A stretch of DNA of 64,000 bases. It comes from Candidatus Magasanikiibacteriota bacterium. GTDB lineage: Bacteria > Patescibacteriota > Patescibacteriia > Magasanikbacterales > GWA2-37-8. Position 1 is the first letter of the stretch. Every line of letters starts with the position of its first letter. Made by a program: the position numbers and the translations under genes. Positions 9,058 through 16,278 of this stretch are shown here, one piece after another. The stretch lies in NCBI GenBank assembly GCA_041666265.1, contig JBAYHH010000003.1, positions 2,020-66,019 of the forward strand, given 5' to 3'. The notes under the pieces were generated by a model. That model saw only the letters and a list, made by a program, of their open reading frames with translations, was not told the origin of the DNA and searched no databases.

Positions 9058-9357
9058 ATGAGTCCCAATATACAAGAAATTAAAAAAATTGCCTCGCCTT
9101 TTTTTAGAAGCCATGGCGTTAAGCGGGCGGCGGTGTTTGGTTCGGTGGCTCGCGGTGAAGCTACGAGAAATAGCGATATCGATATAGTCGTCGAATTCAG
9201 GGGTAAAAAAAGCCTGCTTGATTTAGTGGCGCTGGAGTTGGATTTGGGAGAGCAGTATAGCCGGAAAGTGGATGTTGTAACCTATAATTCACTTCACCCT
9301 TTATTGCGCGATCGTATTCTCAAAGACCAACATATTATCTATGGGCAAGGATCCTAA
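9058..9357 (+). CDS. MNT-type nucleotidyltransferase antitoxin (HepT/MNT type VII TA system)
   Basis: AAVFGSVARGEATRNSDIDIVVEF NTase motif; 99 aa; overlaps the downstream HEPN gene by 17 nt. Confidence 0.8.
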   Translation: MSPNIQEIKKIASPFFRSHGVKRAAVFGSVARGEATRNSDIDIVVEFRGKKSLLDLVALELDLGEQYSRKVDVVTYNSLHPLLRDRILKDQHIIYGQGS

Positions 9358-9688
9358 AATTTTTCTGGCGCATATCTTAGAAAGCATCGATCTGATTGAA
9401 GGGTACACCAAAGGAAAAAAGGAAACGGATTTTGTCCGTTCGGTTGATTTGCAGGATAAAGTAATTCGTCGTTTGGAAATTGTGGGCGAAGCTGTTCGTC
9501 ATCTTCCGGAAACTTTGCGCCAGAATTATCCGGAGACGCCTTGGCGGCAGATTGCCGGTACGCGCGATAAATTTATTCACGAATACTTTGGCGTGGATAT
9601 GGCTTTGACATGGGAGATCGTAAAGCGTGACTTGCCTAAATTAAAAAAGCAGATTTTAAAAATTGAAGAAGATTTGAGTAAAAATTAG
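9341..9688 (+). CDS. HepT-like HEPN (DUF86) RNase toxin
   Basis: 115 aa with the R-x4-H-x-Y HEPN motif (RDKFIHEY), placed immediately downstream of the MNT gene. Confidence 0.8.
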   Translation: MGKDPKIFLAHILESIDLIEGYTKGKKETDFVRSVDLQDKVIRRLEIVGEAVRHLPETLRQNYPETPWRQIAGTRDKFIHEYFGVDMALTWEIVKRDLPKLKKQILKIEEDLSKN

Positions 9689-9699
9689 GCAAAAAAGTT

Positions 9700-9765
9700 T
9701 GATAAAACCAATCGAAACCATACCCGCCCTCGCCAGGGGGCGGGTTTTGGTACTTATCCACAGGT
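9700..9765 (+). terminator. family B terminator/repeat module, copy 3
   Basis: accaatcgaaaccatacccgccctcgccagggggcgggttttggtacttatccacagg. The loop sequence differs from copies 1-2 but the stem and flanks are conserved. Confidence 0.8.
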
Positions 9766-9959
9766 GTTTTGGCTAACTGGTGCGGTTTTTCATCATGCGT
9801 AAGTCATTTTGATTGCCAAACTCACGGAATTTATACTAAATTTCGGGACTTAAGTCACGATATTCAGTGAAATTTCGGGAGTTGTTTTCTGTGGTTGATA
9901 CGATAACGCAAGTGTAGTATAATCAAAATACGATTTAGATAAATAGTAATCATTTTTTT

Positions 9960-10730
9960 ATGCTCAAAATCGGCATTATCGGCGGATCCGGTCTCGACGA
10001 TCCGAAAATTTTAGAAAATTCGCGCGATTGGGAAGTGAAAACACCCTATGGCGCGACCTCGTCACTTTTGAAATTAGGCGAGATCGCTGGGGTCGAAGTG
10101 GCTTTGATCGCTCGCCATGGACGCGAGCACACCGTCCCGCCCACGCAGGTCAATTACCGCGCCAACATTTGGGCGCTCAAAGATTGGGGAGCGACGCATA
10201 TCCTCGCGACTACCGCCGTGGGGTCACTGCGCGCAGAGATCGGGCGCGGACACTTGGTGGTGCTGGATCAGTTTATAGATTTTACTCGTCATCGTTTTTC
10301 TTCGTTTTACGAGTCGTTTGAGGCGGGAAAAAACGGCCACACGCCGATGGCTGATCCGTTTGATGAGAAATTGCGTGATTTGTTTATCGCCGGGTGCCGT
10401 GATTTGAGTTTGACCCATCATCCGCGCGGGACAGTGGTGACGATCGAGGGGCCGCGGTTTTCCACGCGCGCCGAGAGTCACATGTTTCGCGCCTGGGGAG
10501 CCGATGTGATCAATATGAGCATCGCGCCCGAGGCCGCGCTCGCGCGCGAGCTCGGTTTGCCCTATGGCGCGGTCGCGATGTCCACGGATTATGATTGTTG
10601 GAAAGCCGACGAGGAGCCGGTAACCCACGAGGCTGTGCTCAAAGTCTTCGCGCAAAACGCGCACAATGTCACCAATTTATTGGTCGAGGTGATCAAGAAG
10701 ATAAAAGCTGTTTATCAACTGTCATCCTGA
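9960..10730 (+). CDS. mtnP: S-methyl-5'-thioadenosine phosphorylase (PNP family 2)
   Basis: IGIIGGSGLDDP N-terminus, ...ALIARHGREHTVPP..., ...VINMSIAPEA...: MTAP-type phosphorylase. The stop codon TGA lies inside a family A repeat (cTG TCA TCC TGA). Confidence 0.85.
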   Translation: MLKIGIIGGSGLDDPKILENSRDWEVKTPYGATSSLLKLGEIAGVEVALIARHGREHTVPPTQVNYRANIWALKDWGATHILATTAVGSLRAEIGRGHLVVLDQFIDFTRHRFSSFYESFEAGKNGHTPMADPFDEKLRDLFIAGCRDLSLTHHPRGTVVTIEGPRFSTRAESHMFRAWGADVINMSIAPEAALARELGLPYGAVAMSTDYDCWKADEEPVTHEAVLKVFAQNAHNVTNLLVEVIKKIKAVYQLSS

Positions 10731-10747
10731 GCGAAGCGAAGGATCTC
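10720..10747 (+). repeat. family A repeat (minimal unit)
   Basis: tgtcatcctgagcgaagcgaaggatct. Confidence 0.8.
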
Positions 10748-10770
10748 CATCGGTCATTACATATATTTTT

Positions 10771-11305
10771 TATGCCTGAAATTTTAAAACAAAAAATTCG
10801 CACGGTGCCGGATTGGCCCAAAAAGGGGATTATGTTTCGCGACATCACGACCTTGCTTGGCGACGCAGTTGGATTTAAGCGAATGTTGGATTTGCTTCAC
10901 GCGCATTACCGAGATTTTAAAATTGACAAAATTTGCGGGATCGAAGCGCGCGGGTTTATTGTGGGCGCGCCTTTGGCCGATCGGCTCGGCGTCGGTTTTG
11001 TGCCGATTCGCAAAAAAGGCAAATTACCGGCCGAGACGATCAGTGAAGAATACGCGCTCGAATACGGCACGGATAAGATCGAAATGCATTTGGATGCGCT
11101 CTTGCCCGGTGAAAAAGTTTTGCTCGTTGATGATCTCATTGCCACCGGCGGTACGGCCCTCGCCGGCTGTAATCTGATCAAAAAAGCGGGTGGGGAAGTG
11201 GTGGAGTGTTGTTTTGTGGTGGATTTGCCTGATCTCGGAGGAAAGAAAAAACTCGAGTCCTCCGGCTTTAAATCTTTTGCGCTCATGGAATTTGCGGGTG
11301 ATTAG
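10771..11305 (+). CDS. apt: adenine phosphoribosyltransferase
   Basis: MPEILKQKIRTVPDWPKKGIMFRDIT..., VLLVDDLIATGGTALA PRPP-binding motif: classic APRT. The ORF-track start at 10595 is an artefact from translating the upstream repeat (VILSEAKDLH). Confidence 0.9.
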
Positions 11306-11309
11306 TAAT

Positions 11310-11408
11310 TGTCATTCCCGCGAAAGCCTGCCTGTCCGGTAGGTAGGCGGGAATCTACGCTGTCATTCTGACCTGCCTGCCGGCAGGCAGGGCGAAACGA
11401 AGAATCTA
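11310..11408 (+). repeat. two family A repeats with long GC-rich palindromic inserts
   Basis: tgtcattcccgcgaaagcctgcctgtccggtaggtaggcgggaatct and tgtcattctgacctgcctgccggcaggcagggcgaaacgaagaatct. Confidence 0.8.
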
Positions 11409-11520
11409 TTCGCTCGGCAAAAAAAGTTATCCACAGGCCAAAATTCCAAAAGTGTGCTATACTATTTGCGGGGAGGGAAAACAATCCGCCAGCGTGCGGA
11501 TTGTTTTTATAAAAGGGTAT

Positions 11521-11592
11521 CACTGTCATCCCGACCCATCGCATTGTCATCCTGACTCTCAACGCTGTCATCCTGAGCGAAGCGAAGGATCT
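11521..11592 (+). repeat. three tandem partial/complete family A repeats
   Basis: tgtcatcccgac..., tgtcatcctgac..., tgtcatcctgagcgaagcgaaggatct. Confidence 0.75.
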
Positions 11593-11631
11593 CCAAGTCA
11601 AATATTCATATTCACTTTTAATTAAAATAAT

Positions 11632-12153
11632 ATGATCGGCCAAACGCGTTCGTCGGTAATTATCCTCGCGATAATTATTTTTGTTTTAGGATTGGTTTTG
11701 ATCGTTGGCGGGTATGGTTGGTTTTTAAAAAAACAAGCACGCGTTTTGGTGGGCACGGCCCGGCCGACATTTCCCTATAGTGATTACAGTCAAGCCGATT
11801 TGAATCGGCTTTATCCGCAAGAAATTGATTATTCCGGCGTGCCCGACAAGCAAACACCCGAGCAGACCCATGCGTTATTTTTGTCCGCTTTGAAAAAAGG
11901 AGATTTTGACGCGGCGGTGAATTGTTGTTTTCGAGCGGGGGATAGAGAGAAGACAAAAGAGTTTTTGAATGGCGTCAAACAAAAAGGGATGTTGAATTTG
12001 ATGATTAGTGATATTACAAATATTGATCCCGACTTTCGATCAGAGAATAAAGCGACTTATGTTTACGATGGTACATGGAATGGGAAAAAGATCGCGAATT
12101 TTATGCAATTTATGAAATCTCTGGATGGTATTTGGTATATTGAAAAATTGTAA
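11632..12153 (+). CDS. hypothetical membrane-anchored protein
   Basis: 173-aa ORF with an N-terminal TM helix (VIILAIIIFVLGLVLIVGGYGWFL) and no recognisable motifs. Confidence 0.45.
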   Translation: MIGQTRSSVIILAIIIFVLGLVLIVGGYGWFLKKQARVLVGTARPTFPYSDYSQADLNRLYPQEIDYSGVPDKQTPEQTHALFLSALKKGDFDAAVNCCFRAGDREKTKEFLNGVKQKGMLNLMISDITNIDPDFRSENKATYVYDGTWNGKKIANFMQFMKSLDGIWYIEKL

Positions 12154-12171
12154 TTTGATTCAATTCTTTGT

Positions 12172-15100
12172 ATGCGCAGGAGGATATTTTTGTTAGTGGT
12201 ATGCTCGCTCGGCTTTTTGTTTCCCGGGCGGGCTTTTTGTTATGACACCAATGTCGCTCATCCCAATATTGTGGGGTTGGCGGCCGAAGCGTATAACACC
12301 GCTTTTCCAGACAAACAATTGAGTACCGACGATATTGCTCAAATCAAACAAGGGGCGATCGACGAAGATGTGCCAACCCGCTGGCTCAATCATTTTTATG
12401 ACCCGATCCATAATCACGGTGTTTGGTTTTTGGGAAATTTTTCAACTGCGGTGGACTGGGCGCAAGACCCCAATAGCCAAACGAATTTTTCTTTGGGCGA
12501 CGAAAGTTGGCAAAGAGCGCTTAAATATATGGCCGATGGTGATCGCGCCTCGGCGATGCGCGCTTTGGGTCACGCTGTGCATTTATTATCTGATATGAGC
12601 GTGCCGGCGCATACGCGTAATGATATTCACCCGGCTGGCGATTCATTGGAGCAATATGTGAAAAATAATTGGAGCAAGATTTCGTTTAATCCGAAATATT
12701 CATTTCAAACAGTGAAAAGTTTGAATGACGCGTTTTATAATTTGGCTAAATTTTCCAATGGAAATTTTTATAGTGATGATACAATTGAGAGTGATAGATA
12801 CAAGATAGTTAGCATTCGTGGATATGATGCCAAGGTAATTGATAAGCATGAATATTTGTTAGCAAAAGATAGGGACGGCAATATATTATTTGCTACTGAT
12901 GGTTCCGATTGGAAGGTGAGTAATAAAACTGTGAATTTAAGTAATATCCTCTCCTCCTACTCCTCCCGCCTCATCCCGGCCGCAGTATCCAATAGCGCCG
13001 GTCTAATTGATTTATTTTTTCGTGAAGTAGCCAAAAATGAAAAACAAAAAGTGCCGATTTTCAAAATCACTGTCACCGGTATTTGGGATAGTATCAAAGG
13101 ATCGATTGTCACCGGAGCCGAATATTTAAGCAATCTTTTGGGTGTGGGCGATGGGCCGAGTTTGACCACTCCACTATTGCGTCAATTAGACATAAAAATG
13201 ACCGAATTGGGTGAGGCCGCCCAAAACGACGGGGTTTTCAGCGACCCCAATGATGCGGCGGATACGGTGATAGAGCCTGTTGCCGGTGAAAATTTGGGCT
13301 CACAGATACCACCTACGCCTCCGCCACCGGCGAGCGGGTCGAGAAATCAGCCCCCAATAACCAACCCAACGACAAACCCGACGATTGGTGGTGGATCAAA
13401 TGACGGCACTGGCACCGGCGGTGGCTCGTCATCGGGCGGTGGCTCGTCTTCCGGCGATCCGACTATCACTCCGACCTCTACCATAGAAACACCGACCCCG
13501 ACCACCACACCCACTTCGACACCCTCTGATCCGGATCCGACTCCTACCACCACGCCTTCATCCACACCGATCATCGCGCCATCCGCACCCACATTGTCCG
13601 CGATATTTTCCGATACGATTTACACCACTTCGTCCGACGCGATTATTTCCGGCTCTTGTTCCACTACCACTGTCCAAATTTTTTATTATTTTTCCTCATC
13701 CACAATTGCGTCACCGCCGTCCATCGAAACCGGCACGATTTTTCCATCTATCGATAGTTGGTCAGTCTCGACCACTCTGATCGCCGGTCACAATTATTTT
13801 TATTTTGTCGCCATTGACTCGGCCGGCATCACTTCGACGCTTTCGGCGCCGGCGCATTTTATATTTGACACCGTCGCTCCGCCGATTCCGATCATCACTG
13901 TGACCAATAATTCCGATATTTCCTCCGCCAGTTTGCGTGTGGCGCTAAGCAGTATCGATGCGCTTTCACCGCCCACTTTTTTTGATTTATCCGTCGCCCC
14001 CTCGTCGACTACCGGTACCGTATGGCAGGAAATTTTTTCCAATTCCACCACCGTCGAATACGATTTTTCCGGCGCGCGTGGTCAAAGCTATTTTTTTCGC
14101 GCCCGCGCTCGCGACTATCTCGGCAATACTTCGGACTGGAGCGATGCGGTCGCGTCGAGCACGCTGTCATATATCGATTGGAGCAAACAAATCGTCATCA
14201 ACGAGATCGCCTGGGCCGGCACCAGTAATCTGACCGCGAGTGATGAGTGGATCGAATTATACAATAATTCCGATAGCGACATATTTTTTGCCAGTACCAG
14301 TAGCGGCCAAAGTTATGTGCTCAAAGTAAATAATACCGCGCTTTCGTGGAGAACAATCGCCAACGCGACCATTCCGGCGCGCGGATATTATTTGCTCGAG
14401 CGCACCGGTGATACCACCGTCGCCAATGTTAGCGCCGATGTCGTGTTTACTTTGGGTAGCGGTATTTCCAATACCGCCGCCAAAGTCGAGTTGTTTAGTC
14501 CGACCGGAGAAAAAATTGATGAGGTGGATTGTTCGGCCGGTTGGTTTGCCGGCGGCGGGACCAATTACCGGTCGATGGAACGCCTCAATGTTTTGGCGCG
14601 CGGGAGCGAGGCGAGTAATTGGCGGACCAATATCGGTCCGCGCTCGGGTCCGCAAACTTCGCGCGGCGGCACTCTGTATGGCTCGCCCAAGACATCGAAT
14701 TTCGGCAACGCGATCATCATGGAAGGCGCGCAAGAAAGCGCGACAGCGACATTGCATAGTTACGACAATCCGTTATTTTTATGGTATTACACGGTGCCGG
14801 TCGGCAAGACGCTCAATATTGAAGCCGGGACAGTGATCAAAAGTTATGCCAACGATGTGAAATTTACGATCAATGGAAATTTAAATATTAATGGCACGCC
14901 CGAAGCGCCGGTGATCTTGACTTCCGGCCGCGATCAGTCTTTTGCCGATGCGAAATTAAATACTACCGTCGGCACATTGCCGGCCGGCGATCCCGCCCCG
15001 GGTGATTGGCAGGGGATACAATTGTTCGCGGGCGCGCAGGCGACGGTGGAAAATTTGGATTTGCGCTATGCGGGTCATGCTTTTCGACCGCCGGGCGCGG

Positions 15101-16062
15101 GCATGTGGACACCCAATGTGAGTCAGGCTCTTCGTGCAGACAACGCGCACTTGACCGTGGCTAATTCAAAATTTAATAATAATTTAGGGACTGCGATTTA
15201 TACCAAAAATACCACCACCACTGTGCGTGATTCGGTTTTTGCGAGTGGGGATAGAGGCATCGAGACTTTCGGCAACCCCTTGAATATTTCCAATTGCAGT
15301 TTTTCCGGATTTACCAATGCGCAGGGTGCTGCCTATATTGCCGATAAATTGCCGACCGTGTCGGGTCTGTCGTTTTCCGACAATACCGTCGATCGATTGT
15401 ATATGGATTTTGTCGTTATTTCCGAACCGACAGTTTTATTTGCCAAAGAATTGGCGCAATCAGTGATCGTATCCAATATTTCGGTGCCGGTATCCACGAC
15501 CCTCACGATCGAGCCGGGCGCGAACATCAAAATGATCAGTTCGGGCAATTTCGATGTTTCGGGATCGCTCCAGGCCGTCGGCACGGCCGAGAGTCCGATC
15601 ATCATCGAGCCGTTCGCTGATGGCAACCGGTGGGGGCAAATTTTATTTCATAATTCCACCTCTTCGCTCGCGTATGTTGATTTGAAAAAAGGAAATTACA
15701 AATCGCCATCGTGGCCCGCTGACAATGGCGTGATTTGGGCGGAAAATTCTGATTTGGAAATGCGTCGTGTGCGAATCTTGGATACTGACCGGCCGTATTA
15801 TTCAGTGCAAGGAGTAAATTCGCGCCTCTCACTGACGGATTGCGAAATAAGTGATGCGACCAAATATGTCAATAGCTCAAACTATGCCTATGGCGTGCGG
15901 GCGCGGGGTGGCAGTTTGGCTTTGGATAATACCAATTTTTCCAATATTTATGGCGGGGTATATGGTACCGACAGTGTGGTTTTGACATTGTCCAATATGT
16001 CGCCGTTTAATTTCAACAATATTGATGTGATTTGGTCGCCGGTGGATTTGGGAGCGATTTAG
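12172..16062 (+). CDS. large secreted multidomain protein: Zn-dependent phospholipase C/P1-nuclease-like domain, Pro/Thr linker, lamin-tail domain, right-handed beta-helix repeats
   Basis: Signal peptide. NHFYDPIHNHG and ALGHAVHLLSDMSVPAHTRNDIHP match the HFWDPD and YLGEAMHYFGDIDTPYH Zn-ligand motifs of bacterial zinc PLC. A PT-rich linker spans about aa 380-470. INEIAWAGT...DEWIELYN...GYYLLER is a lamin-tail domain. The C-terminus carries repeated NxxG/beta-helix-like segments. Confidence 0.65.
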   Translation: MRRRIFLLVVCSLGFLFPGRAFCYDTNVAHPNIVGLAAEAYNTAFPDKQLSTDDIAQIKQGAIDEDVPTRWLNHFYDPIHNHGVWFLGNFSTAVDWAQDPNSQTNFSLGDESWQRALKYMADGDRASAMRALGHAVHLLSDMSVPAHTRNDIHPAGDSLEQYVKNNWSKISFNPKYSFQTVKSLNDAFYNLAKFSNGNFYSDDTIESDRYKIVSIRGYDAKVIDKHEYLLAKDRDGNILFATDGSDWKVSNKTVNLSNILSSYSSRLIPAAVSNSAGLIDLFFREVAKNEKQKVPIFKITVTGIWDSIKGSIVTGAEYLSNLLGVGDGPSLTTPLLRQLDIKMTELGEAAQNDGVFSDPNDAADTVIEPVAGENLGSQIPPTPPPPASGSRNQPPITNPTTNPTIGGGSNDGTGTGGGSSSGGGSSSGDPTITPTSTIETPTPTTTPTSTPSDPDPTPTTTPSSTPIIAPSAPTLSAIFSDTIYTTSSDAIISGSCSTTTVQIFYYFSSSTIASPPSIETGTIFPSIDSWSVSTTLIAGHNYFYFVAIDSAGITSTLSAPAHFIFDTVAPPIPIITVTNNSDISSASLRVALSSIDALSPPTFFDLSVAPSSTTGTVWQEIFSNSTTVEYDFSGARGQSYFFRARARDYLGNTSDWSDAVASSTLSYIDWSKQIVINEIAWAGTSNLTASDEWIELYNNSDSDIFFASTSSGQSYVLKVNNTALSWRTIANATIPARGYYLLERTGDTTVANVSADVVFTLGSGISNTAAKVELFSPTGEKIDEVDCSAGWFAGGGTNYRSMERLNVLARGSEASNWRTNIGPRSGPQTSRGGTLYGSPKTSNFGNAIIMEGAQESATATLHSYDNPLFLWYYTVPVGKTLNIEAGTVIKSYANDVKFTINGNLNINGTPEAPVILTSGRDQSFADAKLNTTVGTLPAGDPAPGDWQGIQLFAGAQATVENLDLRYAGHAFRPPGAGMWTPNVSQALRADNAHLTVANSKFNNNLGTAIYTKNTTTTVRDSVFASGDRGIETFGNPLNISNCSFSGFTNAQGAAYIADKLPTVSGLSFSDNTVDRLYMDFVVISEPTVLFAKELAQSVIVSNISVPVSTTLTIEPGANIKMISSGNFDVSGSLQAVGTAESPIIIEPFADGNRWGQILFHNSTSSLAYVDLKKGNYKSPSWPADNGVIWAENSDLEMRRVRILDTDRPYYSVQGVNSRLSLTDCEISDATKYVNSSNYAYGVRARGGSLALDNTNFSNIYGGVYGTDSVVLTLSNMSPFNFNNIDVIWSPVDLGAI

Positions 16063-16166
16063 ATTTGATTAACATGGGTAAATATTCGCCGTATCTTCGT
16101 TTGACACTATCGTCGTTTTTCGCTACAATATTGACGCTGGCATGGCCAGTCAAGTTTTGTTTTATT

Positions 16167-16258
16167 TGTCATTCTGAGCCTTGCCCACTGGCAGGCAGGC
16201 GAAGCGAAGAATCTCCATTCGTTTGTGTAGATCCTTCATTAACATTCAGGATGACAGT
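16167..16258. repeat. family A repeat plus inverted partial copy
   Basis: tgtcattctgagccttgcccactggcaggcaggcgaagcgaagaatct at 16167-16214 (+), and caggatgacagtg at 16240-16258, the reverse complement of the repeat head. Confidence 0.75.
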
Positions 16259-16278
16259 GTTTAAACTTTGTAATTTCT

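Noticed and set aside
10595-10770. Long N-terminal extension of the apt ORF (begins MLESRRGAG...VILSEAKDLH)
   Set aside because: The extension overlaps mtnP in another frame and is a read-through of the family A repeat. Conserved APRT sequence starts at MPEILKQ (10771).
11521-11592. Possible CRISPR array (three short direct repeats with about 20-nt spacing)
   Set aside because: Repeat units are only about 12-27 nt, irregular and partial, and belong to the dispersed family A hairpin repeats. No cas genes and no unique spacers of uniform length.
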